A stretch of 64,000 bases of DNA from Cycas panzhihuaensis (GCA_023213395.1 CM041465.1:232631741-232695740), one strand, 5' to 3'. Shown: positions 1 through 12,543, numbered from the stretch's first letter. Notes: a model not told the origin generated them from the letters alone. Numbers and translations are program-made.

Positions 1-139
1 TTGAGACCAATTACATTTTTTGACTGTATAATTCTGTATAGTCGTACATTTGTACATAATTGTACTTTTAGACAAAAAGTAAGTTTTTTTTTTTAGAAAT
101 TCTTTTTTCTCTTCTAAATTTTAGATTTTTGAGCTGTAT

Positions 140-298
140 ACATACATATATATATATATATATATATGAAAAAGAAAAAAAAGGAGAGCCATAAATCTTT
201 CATTAGCTGATGTACTTGATTGAAATTTTTCCTTGTACAATGAGTATATTGCCATAAGCCCTCTCCTTAGGCAAGCGTATTCCGTATAATTCTTCATT

Positions 299-342
<44 letters not shown>

Positions 343-560
343 AAGAAAGAAAGAAAAGGAGAGCCATAAATCTTTCATTAGCAGATGTATTTGATTGAAT
401 TTTTTCCTTGTATAATGAGCATATTGCCATAAGCCCTCTCCCTATGCAAGCGTATCCCATACAATTCGTCATTAGTAGGTATACTTTGGTTTGAAATTTT
501 TTGTACAACGGACATATTTCCATAAGTCCTCTCTATAGGTAGGCGTATGCTGCACAAATA
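140..560 (+). repeat. Leader tandem repeats of A1: ~175-bp duplication with embedded (TA)n and repeated GCCATAAGCCCTCTCC..GCAAGCGTAT motif
   Basis: GAGCCATAAATCTTTCATTAGC occurs at 186 and 361, each after a (TA)n tract. The same motifs occur inverted at 52100-52300. Confidence 0.85.
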
Positions 561-589
561 TCATGTCTCAAGATCAAGAGGAGCTTGTG

Positions 590-1103
590 AACAATGACAA
601 AAGGCTCAAGCTTTTCAACCAAATTTGGTCAACAACATGATGGCCATGTTTCAACAAATTCTGCAGCAACAGGCCATTCCAATAATAGTTCTAATTTAGA
701 CACCTTCTTTCAAATTATATGCAAAAATCAATATACCACTTTTTGAAGGCATAATGTATGCAAACAAATTAGATGTGTGGCTTTGAAGTCTTTAAGCTTA
801 TTTCAAGATACAACAATTCATTGAAGCATAAAAAATTATGGTTGTTGAAGTTTATATGGCAGAACAAGCTTTAACTTGGTGGCAAGCTCTCTCTCGCAAT
901 CAACCTCCTATCACATGGGTTGATTTTAAAAATATGATACGTTGTTAGTTGTATCCTTTGGGATATCTTGATGAACTCACTACATGTTGACTTCATCTTC
1001 GACAGGTCTTTAGACAATTTGTTCAGCAATACATGGACGAGTTTGTCAAACTTTCTATTTGGTTAGAGGTCTCTGACCCTGATCATATTCTTAAGTTGAA
1101 ATT
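590..1103 (+). pseudogene. gag: gag fragment of A1
   Basis: Homologous to the minus-strand ORF 51674-51931 (ISLFEGTMNMDELDAWL...QALTWL...ISWTKFK); contains in-frame stops. Confidence 0.75.
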
Positions 1104-1919
1104 TGTTTAATGTAAATACAAGGACCTATGGTCCTATGGGTCTGATGACTCATAATAAATGCAAATCCTCCCACTCCATGTAATTAATCTACTAAGCATG
1201 ACCTCCAAAATAAGGTGGGTACTCTAGCAGACAGCAAGGTACATATGGACAAATCTGATCCAAAGGCATCCAGAAATGATAACGTCAGCCCAAAAGAACA
1301 TGTACAGACGTACGGATCAGAAAAGACACCATTAAGGAGACTTAATCAAGTGTTAAAGTGAAAGGGTACCTTGGTGACAAAAAGGTATGGTTATGACTTT
1401 GGGTCATAACCTTTCAACTAAAAGGCATCAAAGGGACATATTTAATGATGCTTTGAGGACCATTCTAGTGTGAGAGCCGAGTGATTCAATCCTATGGTAT
1501 ACTCTCGAGGGTGAGAGCCAAGTATTCAGACACTCAATGGTACGGAAGCCAGTACGTATGACAACAGCCTAAAGCAGTGTATGATGTTGTGTATCGTCTA
1601 GGTACGCATGTGACAGTAACAATGTATGTGGCTAGAATGCATAGGGAATGCATTCCAACACCTTGTATACAAAGACTTATTGCTTAATAAAAAAAGAGTT
1701 ACGTGGAAATGTTGATTCTATGTGTTTTATGAAGATTGGATGTTGAATATGTCGATTCTTTGTATTCGTGTGTAAACTGTGACATGATTATGTGGAATTG
1801 TTAATAAATCTGTGTGATCTATGTGGATGAATATGTTGACTGTATCCTAGACTAGACTACCTGTGTTACCTTGATAAGTGTACCCTTCCCACAAGTGTAG
1901 TGGGAAACCAAAGTCAACA
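1104..1919 (+). mobile_element. Solo LTR related to B1/B2 LTRs, without TSD
   Basis: Starts with TG at 1104 (or 1111) and ends AGTCAACA at 1919. Shares blocks with LTR 33880-34705 (GTGAGAGCC, GGAATGCATTCCA, AAAGAGTTACGTGGAAAT, CTAGACTA..CCTTGA.AAGTGTA). Flanks AAATT/ACTTT do not match. Confidence 0.8.
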
Positions 1920-3660
1920 ACTTTATGCTCTAATATGCATTTTTGCAACACCCCATCTGGACCCAACTTGTATAACATTCATTGTACCAATTGAAACGAA
2001 AAGGTCCTTTGGATGAAGCTTTGTCTTTCCACCTGTTCTAGTCCTTTTGGTGCATGCCCTATGGCCAAATATTTCGCAATTCTTTTGTATCATTTTGGTA
2101 CAACTTCAATAGAGAACAATTTAGTATTAGGAAAATCATCATATATCCCTGTGGTAGGTTCCCCCTTGCTTCCCGCGACAACACATCATGTACTATATGC
2201 TTTTCCCCTTCTTTTACAATAATCTTAAAATTAAATTCTTAGCACAACATCAACCATCTGCTAATCCTTCCCTGCAAAATTGGTTTATTTATCAAGTATT
2301 GCAAAGCCTGATGATCTACAAAGAAGATAAAAGGATTGGCCAATAGATATTGCTTGAATTTTTACAATGCATAAACCATGTCCAAACCTTTGCGCTTAGT
2401 AACTTAGTAATTTCACTCAACCTGAGTTAATTTATGGTTGCAAAATAGATGGGAAGGTCTATATTATTGTCTCTTGGCTTGGCTAATACGCATCTGATGG
2501 CTAGTAATGAAGCATCGATGTACATATGAAAGGGTCTATCCTAATCTAGCAATCTCAGGATGGGTTCTTGTGCAATCTTTTCTTTGGCAGATCAAACACC
2601 AGTTATTGCCGTAATTCCCATTGCCATATCGTCTTCTTGTCCAATAATGTTTCTAGGGGATTAACTATTTGAGCATATTCCTTAATAAATTTCCTATAAT
2701 ATCCTGTCATGCCCAAGAAACCTTTTACCTGTTTTGTTGTCTTCGGTGTAGGAAAATTCAAAATAACTGCCACTTTTTTTGGATCTGTCTACAACCCATC
2801 TTTTGTTACCACGTTCCAACATGGATCCAAATGGAACCATGAGTGTACATTTGGTTGGATTCAAACACAATTCACTCCTGCATGTCTCAAACATCAACCG
2901 CAAATTCCTAAAATGGTCTTTGAGCAAGGTGTAGACTGTCCAATCATCTAAAAACACTTCAATCGTTTTTCCAATCGTTCGTTGAAAAATATTTAGAATT
3001 ATTCTTTGAAAAGTGGCTGGTGCATTAGTTAGCCCAAAAGGCATGACTTTGTATGTATAGGTCCCCCACTTGGTGACAAAGGTTGTCTTTAGTTGGTCCT
3101 TTGGGGCAATCTTGACTTGATTATAACTGCTAAATCTGTCTGTGAAAGAATATGCTTCATGCCCTACCGCTTTCTCCAGAATGTTTTCAGTAAATGGAAT
3201 GGGGAATGGGTCTTTTTTCGTTGCCTTGTTCAAAGCTCTGTAGTCTACACAAGCTTTGAGCTTACCGTTCTCTTTTGGCAGTACAACCATTGGGTTTACC
3301 CATTCAATATTTTCAAGTTCAAAGATATAATCAAATTTTAATAGTTTATCCAATTCCGCTTTCACCTTTTCCTTGTATTTGGGATTCATTCAATAGGGAC
3401 GTTGCCAAATAGTCTTTGCCCCATCTATCAATTCTATCTGGTGCTCTCCCAACTTTGGTGGTATGCCTTTTAAGTCTTGATAGCACTAGGCGAAGACATC
3501 GTTATACTTTAAGAAAAGTGTTGTGGCCTGTTGTATTGCCTCCGCATCCCAATAATCTCCCATAGAGATGATATGGGGTTGCTTTTCTGTGCCATTGTTG
3601 ATCTGCTTGAGTTTTAACTACTCACTTTGAACTGCTTTGCCATCTTGGTTCAACTCATAA
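1920..3660 (-). pseudogene. pol: RT, RNase H and start of integrase region of C
   Basis: ORF 2694-3389 has CVDYRALNKATKKDPFPIP, YNQVKIA, KVMPFGLTNAPATFQR and VFLDDW. Frameshifted RNase H motifs (FHMYIDAS, FFVDHQAL) lie at 2280-2540. Confidence 0.92.
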
Positions 3661-3869
3661 GTTGGAATTCGATCAATTGCTCATTTTCCATATTCCATAA
3701 TGTAGTACTTCGACGGGAATTTGTGCATGCTTTCTGTATCCTTATTTGAGTCTTTCTCAGAGTCAAATTTTGCAATGTTCATCTGAATACAACTGTGATT
3801 AACTTTCATTGTTTTGATTCTAAAATTGGTTAAAATTTTTTGAATTTGTTGATCATCACTATTGTATGT

Positions 3870-4310
3870 GAAATTTAGCAAAAATCTTTAGTCAACAAAT
3901 CCCAATCTATTAATTATATTCATTTACAATGGTTATACCATATTGATGAAATCCCTTCAAAAATTTGTGCCCACCTTTGTACCCATTCACTTTTTGGAAT
4001 TTGATTCACAACCCAATTTTGTACACATTTCTCTATGTGAAATTCAGGGTTATCTCAATTCCAAAACATTGGTAATTTTGTTCCTTGATTTTGAAATCTT
4101 AGTAAAAAGATTTTGCTTAATTCATTCCAAGATTTAAAATTATGGCCATGAGCAACATACTATGAGAAAGCTTATCCTCTGAGGGACGATGGAAACAAGG
4201 AATAATAGAATTCTTCTTGCCCTTTATTCTTGAAAACTTGGGTACAATGTTTTAAATGTTTTTCTGCTTGGCTCCACTGGCCCTAGAATTTTTCCAAAAT
4301 TTTAGGGATT
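3870..4310 (-). pseudogene. Two tandem capsid-NTD-like (Retrotrans_gag-like) modules between PR and RT in C
   Basis: Manual translation gives AEKHLKHCTQVF...LFPSSLRG*AFS*YVAHGHNFKSWNELSKIFLLRFQ, then LPMFWN*DNPEFHIEKCVQNW..NQIPKSEWVQRWAQIFEGISSIWY...DWDLLTKDF. Confidence 0.7.
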
Positions 4311-4676
4311 TCCCTAGGAATTTCTAAATTACCTTGAGATTTTTGCAGGTTCCATTGAACTTCTTCCTTATCCTAGAGAATTGAGGACAGTTGTCTGTTT
4401 GAAATTTCTTCCCTTTCTTGATGCTCTGAAGAATCAATGCAAAATTCCCACCTATAGTAGGGAGTGGATTCTGCCCTATCCTACATGTTCTAAAGCTATT
4501 TCATCATATATGATGATGTTGCACTAATTGGTATCATTGGTTGTAACTGGTATGCTATCTTTGAATAGGGACTTATTGGGGGTTTTGTTCCCACAGTTGT
4601 TAATTATGCTCTTTCTTCATCTTCAATTTTTTTGATGTGAGGTCCATTCCAACATAATGGAAGAGTTACACATTTA

Positions 4677-5123
4677 TTACCTTCTTTGAGTGTAAAAGTA
4701 AAGTTTGCCCAATCTTCGATGGCCTTTGGTTGCCAAAAGCCAAGGTCTTCCTAACAATGCAAGACAGGTTTTTCTTTGACTCCCCATTCGAACCATTGTA
4801 GAGTCCATCAAGACAGTGATTCTGGTTACAGTGATGGGAACATTTAATAATGTTTTCATTGGTCTAACTTGGAGTTGGTTAGCTAATTTGATTGAATAAT
4901 CAGGGGCAACCACTTTTAGCTTTCCCAAATTTATCCAAGAAGATTTAGGATGTACATTGACTCCTAATCCATTATCCATAATTGTTCTACATAATGTCAT
5001 TCCAAGGATAACTATTAGAACTTTGGGATCTACTCCTTTATCTTTTATCACCCTCATCACAAGCTTCTTAATATGGTCCAAAACTATTAGTTGAAAGCAA
5101 TCGTCTTCCCACCGCTTGAACAT
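4677..5123 (-). pseudogene. Aspartic protease region of C
   Basis: TIMDNGLGVNV (degenerate D-G-G motif) and ALLGRPWL; homologous to B2 VIVDGGAAVNV...ALLGRPWL. Confidence 0.85.
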
Positions 5124-5270
5124 TGTAAAGATGGGAATTGATACTCTTAATTCTATTAATAAATCATTGATAGCATGAAGTCTTTGTCATGGATTCATAC
5201 CTTCGTTACCTGAGCAAGGAGCTTAAGGAATTGTCCTACTTTTATACGTCTGTTCTTTAAATCGCTGTTC

Positions 5271-7098
5271 CTATCGAAACTCCTCCTGTTGGACTTCACC
5301 CATTGCATCTTGAGGGATCTTTACAACTTCTTGGCATCTCTGTTTTTTCACTGTTGGATCTAGAAAGGTATCTTGAACTGGCGTTGTAGTTATCTTACCA
5401 CACCGTGTTTGTAATTGTACTGGCACCTCCTTATCTAGAATAGCTGAGACCAGATTGGCATTTTGAAGTTGATTATTCTTCGGGCAATTTGCCCATTCAA
5501 GGTTTGCTGGACCACATTCTTCACAGATAAAGTCTCCACCTTTTTTCTCCAACGTTCAATTTGATCTGATTGTTCCACTTTATGAAAAAATGTATTATGA
5601 ACTTCACTATTTAGTCGAGAGAAGCATTCCCATGTATTGTGGTTGGGTTTTCTACAATATTTGCACTATTTTGTCGATCCATTGTGTTCATTTTTCAGAT
5701 GACCTTGCTGATTGCAAGGTGGGGGGCACCAAATATTATTTCGGGATTTCTCTAAGTATAATCAGGCCAATTCTACATGCAATTTCTCCACTTCTTGATT
5801 CTATTGCATGCTTACATGCAATGATACAGATGGTTACTACTTCAACACTTGCATTTTTTTTTTTCAGCGTTTCAATTTTCAGATTCATTCTCGTGTGAGG
5901 CATTTGTATACTATGTTGATTGTTTGTCAACTAGGGTTGTGTTCCTGCCCCTATGTGCGACATTTGAGAGAAAATTGGTACTGCTTGCGAAACTTGTTGC
6001 ATTTCCAATTGGGAGTATGTCGCCTTCTTTTGATTTTCGAACTTCAAAGCCAGTTGCTGCTCTTGCTCATAATTATTCATCGGATGTAACGACTTTATCT
6101 CTTAGTTACGAAATTAATGCTTGTACAAAATATTTCATTGCTAACATAGGATTAGTTACCATGGTTGGTTGCATTGTATTCATTATGACTTGCATTCATC
6201 CATCAAAGCCATTGATTGATTTTTTAGGATATTGTTTTGTTTCTTCCAAGGCTTGGAATATAGCCATTGGATCTCTGAGTTTTTGGAAATGATCCAAAAA
6301 TTGTGCCTATAATTAATCCCATGATAAATTCTGTGTCGCTACATATTGGAACCAAGCGACACTCCTCTTCGCAATGTAGAGAAAAACCGTGCTTTGATGT
6401 CATCAGATTCATGATTCTTTCAATTAGTAGCATATATTTAAACAACGCCAAATGATCTCCTGGATTTGTGGATCCATCGAATTGTAGACTTGAAAAGGTA
6501 GAATCATTTTGCACAATAATGTAGGGTCCCACAGGTCCCGTTTCACTTCCTTGACCCGCTCTGCCTGGTGGTTGATTTCCACCTCCGCCTATATTAGTAA
6601 AACATAATTGATTTGATGATGGATCTCCCCCACCTGGATTTCCTTCTTGTGGTGAATTACCACCTCCTATGCTTTCAAGTGGACTTGACATTGATGGCTT
6701 AAAGAAAGGATTTGATATATGGCTTAGGGGAGTTCTCACTTCAAGCCAATGATGGTTCCAACTTTGATTTCTTGTACTGTACAATTCCAGTTCAGTCAAA
6801 TTGTCTTTATTTACTTGTGATGCTATTTCTTTTCAAGGTTCCTCTTTGGCCATGTTAGTTTGCAACTTTTCTCTTTCCAAAAAATCTTCCTCAACTATTT
6901 CCTTTTGTTACACTTCTTCGTCAATAGGATCCTCTTCCAATGCATACCCTTGGTTGCCTGTAGCCTGTGTTGCCTTTTCTTTGACAGATTCTCTGGTCGC
7001 CTAGCTTTCACTTCTTTTTTTAATTCGCCTTCTATGCTCGACTTTTTCCTCCCTGTCAGGTTAGCAAGTGGTCACCTCTTCACTTGCTTCTTGGGCAT
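5271..7098 (-). pseudogene. gag: gag of C, frameshifted
   Basis: Basic N-terminus, Gly/Pro-rich linker, LQFDGSTNPGDHLALF capsid start and degenerate CCHC knuckles (e.g. ICEECGPANLEWANC). Confidence 0.75.
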
Positions 7099-7273
7099 AA
7101 TTGCCAATCTTGGCTTATGTACCCCTGCTTAGAGTCTGTGTTTTTCCCAACTCTCTCCGTGCTCACGACGTGATTCTGTGTTCGCCCTAGGTGGTTTGGA
7201 AGAGGTCTCAAATTTTTTACTCGGCCTTGCGCATTATATTTTGCTTATTCACCCTTCTCTTCGAATTCATGTA

Positions 7274-7286
7274 GGCAACGAAACCA
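7274..7286 (-). promoter_or_regulatory. Primer binding site of C (tRNA-Glu type)
   Basis: TGGTTTCGTTGCC lies 1 nt after the LTR end; one mismatch to the complement of the tRNA-Glu 3' end GGCAACGGAACCA. Confidence 0.75.
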
Positions 7287-7287
7287 A

Positions 7288-8173
7288 TGTATCTTGCTCT
7301 ATCTCCACATGCGAACCACAATAACAACTAGATAAAACAAGCACAAGGAACACCAGATATGATGCAAAACATGATATTATTGGAAATAGGGAATTGCATC
7401 CAGATGTAGGCCCAAACAGTACACAAGATATACAATTGCGACATCAAGCCTGTTATAGTAAGAAGACTCTACAATCTTTTTCCTTACACACACACACCTT
7501 CCTAGATTGACTCCTTTTTATGCAAAAAATAGGTAGTTTAACTACCACTATCACAAAATGGTATGACAGTTTCTATACAACAAAACGACCAATTACATTA
7601 TTGGCACCAATTGTGAACAGTTGCAATTTGATAACTATTGCAATTTGGTCGCAAGTGCAGTCCCAGTTGCGATTTGGTTGCAGCCGTAGCCCCAACTACA
7701 CTTTGGTCATAACTATTGCCCTAATCATGATCCGTTGCAACCGCTGCTCCAACGCGATCCGTCGTAATTGCTACCACAATTGTGATTTGGTTGCATTTGC
7801 CGCTACGACTGTAATCCAGTCGCAATTGCCGCTTCAACTGTAATCTGGTCATAACTATCGTTCGAACTACAATCTGGTTGCAAGTGCAACTCCAACTAAA
7901 CTACGATCTGATCCCAACTATCGCTCTAACTACAAGTTGGTCATAACCACAACTCCAACAATGATCTGGTCACAATAGCAACTCCAAGTATGACCTAGCC
8001 GAAACTATCGCTCCAACTGTAGTCTAGTCATAATCGCAACTCCAATTGCGATTTGGTTGCAATCGCAACTCCAACTGCGACCCAATTGCAATTGTAACTT
8101 TAACTGTTATCTGATTGCATTCACAACTACAACCTCAATAGCCCTAAAATGTATGCATGCAATTTCACCTACA
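7288..8173 (-). mobile_element. 5' LTR of C
   Basis: TGTA...TACA termini, adjacent to the PBS; A1 RT homology resumes at ~8174. Confidence 0.75.
7620..8135. repeat. Degenerate 29-bp tandem array (~17-18 units) in the LTR of C
   Basis: Units such as ATTGCGATTTGGTTGCAATCGCAACTCCA repeated head-to-tail without spacers. Confidence 0.85.
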
Positions 8174-10400
8174 CACAGTCGATACTGTCATGGCTTTGTT
8201 ACGACAACATGAATTCAAGCAATGTTTTTTTGCACAAAAAAACTCTCTTATCTCAGATTCATCATTATTGAGGATGGCATTTATGTTGATCTAGGAAAGG
8301 TCCACATCATTTAAAATTGGCCTACACCTTCTACTCTCACCGAGCTCAAAAGTTTTTTTGGTACTGTCATGTTTTATAGGAAATTTATTTTCTACTTTTC
8401 TAGTATCGCATATTCTCTCAACATTGTTACTAAAAATACTACAAGTTTTGTCTGGAACCCATCTGCAGAAATTGCATTTGAAAAACTCAAAGTTGTCCTG
8501 TGCACTGCACTTGTCCTTCACCTCCCTGATCTCACTCAACCCTATGAATTAGAGACTGTTGCTTCCCAATTTGCCCTTGGCGTTGTTCTTAAACAGGGAC
8601 GACATCTTATCGCTTATCATTCTGAAACATTTTCTCAAGCCACACTCAATTATAGTACTCATGACAAAGAATTTTATATCCTTGTCCAAGGCCTCCATCA
8701 TTGGTTACATTTTTTCCTTGGCAAAGAAACTATTGTTCATATCGATCACCAACCTCTCTGATTTCTCAATTCCTAATCCAAAATCCAGGAGCATTGACAT
8801 CTCAAATGGGCCTCTTACATTCAATAATTTCAACTTGTGATTAAATACAAAAAAGGTGTTTCTAATAAAGTAGCTGATTTTCTCAGTCGTCCTCCCATCC
8901 TAACCTTAGCCACCTTCCTAAACATTACTTTCAATACATATTTTGAATGGCTACATTTGTTTTCTTTTGATCTCCAATTTGGAGTTATCCTAATTGCCTT
9001 ATCTTAGCCCACCCAAATTAATATCGATCATTTTTTGAATTATCATCTTAAAAATGGTCTCCTCTACAAGCTTAACTGTCTATGCATACAAGTTGGTGCT
9101 CCATGATAACCGTTACTCAAAGAGCCTCATTCTTTAACATATGATGGACACTTTGGCATGCACAAAGCTCTTCAACATCTTGAGCGTTCTTTTTATTGAC
9201 CTTGCATGCAAAAGACAATGAAGGATTATATTCGGCGCTGCTTTCTATGCAGCCAATCCAAACCCTCTAAACAGAAACTGGGACTTTATCAATCTCTTCC
9301 TGTCCCTAATCGGTCATGGGAATCTATTTTGATGGACTTTGTCAACGGGCTACCCACCACTCAACGCGGCTATGACTACATTTTCGTCATTGTTTGTTGA
9401 TTTTCTAAAATGGCAATTTTCATCCCTTGCACGAAGGACATCTTTGCTTCTCGGGTTGCTGAATTATTTTTTCATCATGTCTCAACTCACTATGGCCTTC
9501 CACTCTCTATAGTTTCTGATAGAGATGATTGTTTTCTCTATTAGTTTTCGTAGTCTCTGTGGAAGATGCTTGGCTGCCAGCTCAAATTTTCAACCTCTTT
9601 TCATCCTCAAATTGATGGCCAAATAGAGGTGGTTAGTTGCACATTGGTACATACACTCTGCATCTACTAGCACAGTATTATACAATGGGATTCACATCTC
9701 CATCATATACAGCACAATTGTAATTGGGGAACTCATGTTTCCATTGGACGCTTTTCCTTTGAAGTATGTTATGGATATCAACCACTTGCCCTTTATGAAC
9801 TTTTGTTTGTCGTTCCTTTTTCCACCACAGCTCATGAGCAGAAAGAAGAAGAAAAAGTTGTCTCCTTTATTGATCACATGGCCAAACTACATTCCATGAT
9901 GCAACGTATTCTCCGCCAGACACAAGCCAAATATAAAACAACTCAAGATCAACATCGCTCCAAAGCTTCCTTTCAAGTTGGCAACAAAGTTTGGCTTTAT
10001 TTGGATTGCAAACGGTTTAAGCATCACCATAAGTTTAAACCTATTCGTTTTGGTCCTTATACTATATTTCATGCTATTGGACCAAATGCCTTTTGCCTTG
10101 ACCTATCTGCTCATCTGGGAATTCATGATGTCGTCAATGTCAGTCAACTCAAGTTATATGACCCACCACAATTTGAAGTTGAACCCCTTGTCGCTCATCC
10201 TTTTGATACGATTCCAGATTTTCAATCTCTACTTTCAGTAGATACCATTTTCAACACTCGGCAACGATAAACCGGGCAGCGGATTACCACCACCTGTCTC
10301 AGTGGTCAAAAAGGGACTCTATCCACGAAAGCCAAATGGATCTCTGAAGCAGCTCTCCAAGAACAATTTTTCCATCTTCAGCAGAAATTGGGGCCAATTT
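8174..10400 (+). pseudogene. pol: pol of A1: RT C-terminus, RNase H, integrase with GPY/F motif and degenerate chromodomain-like tail
   Basis: ELETVASQFALGVVLKQ, NYSTHDKEFY, VHIDHQPL, CFLCSQSK..PVPNRSWESILMDFVNGLP, RFGPYTI..IHDVVNVSQLKLY, then AKWISEAALQEQFFHL. Confidence 0.9.
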
Positions 10401-10410
10401 CTTTCTAAGC

Positions 10411-10763
10411 AAGGAGGAAATGATGAATATTTATGTGTAATTTTATGTATGAGTGTAGTCTTAATATTCACGATGTTCTTTATGTATCACTTCAAAGGTG
10501 CTCAAGGAACTTAATTAACAATTAGGTATATAGATGACACATGTCATGCATGGAACACATATGTGTCTTACATACAAACCAACTTAAGTTTGTATAAATA
10601 TGCAAATCCTTTTTCAAGGAAATCAACGAAGAGAGAAGTTATTCATTCCTCCCCCTCCTTTTACCTGACTCAGGTCTAGAATTTGTGTATATACAAGGCC
10701 TGAAGGTACTTCCCTGTCAGAATTCCTCGAAGAGCAAGTGAGCATAAATCTGCAAGCATATCA
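10411..10763 (+). mobile_element. PPT and 3' LTR (10421-10763) of A1
   Basis: AAGGAGGAAA then TGATGAA...GCATATCA; homologous to the inverted LTR at 52986-53315. Confidence 0.8.
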
Positions 10764-12178
10764 AAAAATCATCATTCAAAAAGGCATTTTTCACATCCAT
10801 CTGTAAGACATGCCAATTAAACTAAGTTACTAATGCTAGGACAAGCCTCACAGTTTTCATGTTGCCAATAGGGGCAATTGTATTATCATAATCGATGCCC
10901 TCAACCTGTTTGAAACCTTTGGCAACGAATCGTGCTTTGTAGCGCTAAATGGAGTCGTCTACATGAACTTTTATTTTGTAAATCCAACAACAATCAATTA
11001 GTTTCTTTCTATTTGGCAGTTCAACCAGCTCCCAAGCGTCGTTTTGCAAAATAGAATCCATTTCCTCATTCATGGTTGCCTGCCACTTTTGGTCTATAAT
11101 AATTTTTGCAAAAGTGGTTGGTTCAGGAGCTGATAATACTTATGCCATTAAGGCAAAGTTGGTGGATGACCTGTACTTAGATTGCCTCTTAAATTGTTGT
11201 GGAGGCAATGGAGTATAATAGATCATCTGTAGGTACCATTTGGCAAGTTGCTTTGAAGTGACTATTTGAGCATCTTTTGTAGAAATTGTGGAAGTGGAAG
11301 TAGAGGTAGGAGGTGCAGATGAAGGATTGAGAGTGTCTGATGAAGATGGAGGTAATTGAACTGTAGGAACATTTTGTGTAGTAGGAGGTGGAACAAGAGT
11401 TATTGCAAGTTTTTCATAAAGAAATGAAGGCTATGGTATTTTCAAGTCCTAGTTCTCTTCTGAAATAATTACATCCTGAGATGTATGAATTTGGTTAGTA
11501 GCAGGATCATAAAGTTTGTAGGCTTTGCGTTCGGGCTAGTAGCTAATGAAAAGACACTTACTATTATGCTGTACAACTGAAAATGCGCAAATGTGAGATC
11601 GTGGTTTTTTGACCTCACCAGGCCTCCTTTGGTGTAATATTTATAACTACCTTGGTTGGACTTCGATTTGTGAGATAAGTAGCAGTGTTGAGGGCTTTAG
11701 CCTAGAATTGAAGTCCTAAATTTTTTGTAGCAAACATGGCTTTGGCTTTGCCTTTGCTAATGAAGGTCCAATTTATATGCTTAGCAACTCCATTTTAATG
11801 AGGTGTGGGAGTGGCAAAAGTAATGTCGTTTGATGCCATTATCTTTGTAAATTTAGGTGAATTCTCTAGAAGTATATTCACCCCCATTATCATAGTGAAG
11901 GATTTTGAGTGCCCTTTTAGATTCCAATTCAACGCCATGCTTAAATTCTCTAAACCTTTCAAATGCTTTTGATTTTTGCTTCAGGAAATAAACCCATATC
12001 TTACGGGAATAATTATCAATAAATGTAATAAAGTAGTGGCACCCATTGAATGATGTCGGAGACATGGGTCCACAATTGTTAGAGTGAACAAGGTGCAATG
12101 GTTCTTTAGCATGTCAGACTTTGTCATTTGATTTGAATGGAACTTGATGATGTTTTCCCATGACACAAGCCTCATAAA

Positions 12179-12543
12179 TGTAGGAATGAGTGGATATGAG
12201 GAGGAGACATGTCATAAATCACATGTGAGAAAATCACAAGAGATGACAATACGACAAATGACTCAACTCTCCAAATTTCATTAAGTAAATATGAATGATA
12301 CAATACATATTTATAACTTTACACGAAGTCTAAACATAGGAGGTAGTTCAACAACTCCCATGATTTTTGGTGTGCTCAAACTACCTCATTAATAGTTGGA
12401 GCATCTTTGACTTCTAGAAACTTTGACTAAGAATCTTCTCTCACTAGAATATTCTTATCAAGAATATTCTTTGTGAACAATTATTCTAATGAAATGAAAT
12501 GAACTTAAATGGACATGTAAAGGGAATGTACATTATTCTAACA
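12179..12543 (-). mobile_element. Solo LTR of the copia E family inserted in the integrase of D
   Basis: TGTAGGAATGAG...ATTCTAACA with perfect TSD ATAAA (12174-12178 / 12544-12548); clear similarity to LTR 30174-30547. Confidence 0.92.

Larger units (their letters stand above)
1920..8173 (-). mobile_element. Non-chromoviral Ty3/gypsy element C (5' LTR-PBS-gag-PR-2x capsid-like-RT-RNaseH), 3' truncated
   Basis: LTR 7288-8173, PBS 7274-7286, gag ORF pieces 5271-7098, protease 4677-5123, RT ORF 2694-3389. Confidence 0.9.
1..10763 (+). mobile_element. Ty3/gypsy chromovirus-type LTR retrotransposon A1, decayed; 5' end lies outside the window; interrupted at ~1104-8173
   Basis: Leader and gag (1-1103) are colinear with the reverse complement of 52480-51535. 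RT/RNaseH/integrase run 8174-10400. PPT AAGGAGGAAA at 10411-10420 is followed by an LTR TGATGA...TATCA at 10421-10763. Confidence 0.9.

Noticed and set aside
121-523. ORFs with YIYIYI or VCVCVC runs (also 52105-52430, 63063-63386, 19668-20019)
   Set aside because: They are translations of microsatellites.
7620-8135. CRISPR-like array of 29-bp palindromic repeats
   Set aside because: Units are head-to-tail and degenerate with no unique spacers, there are no cas genes, and the array lies in a eukaryotic LTR.
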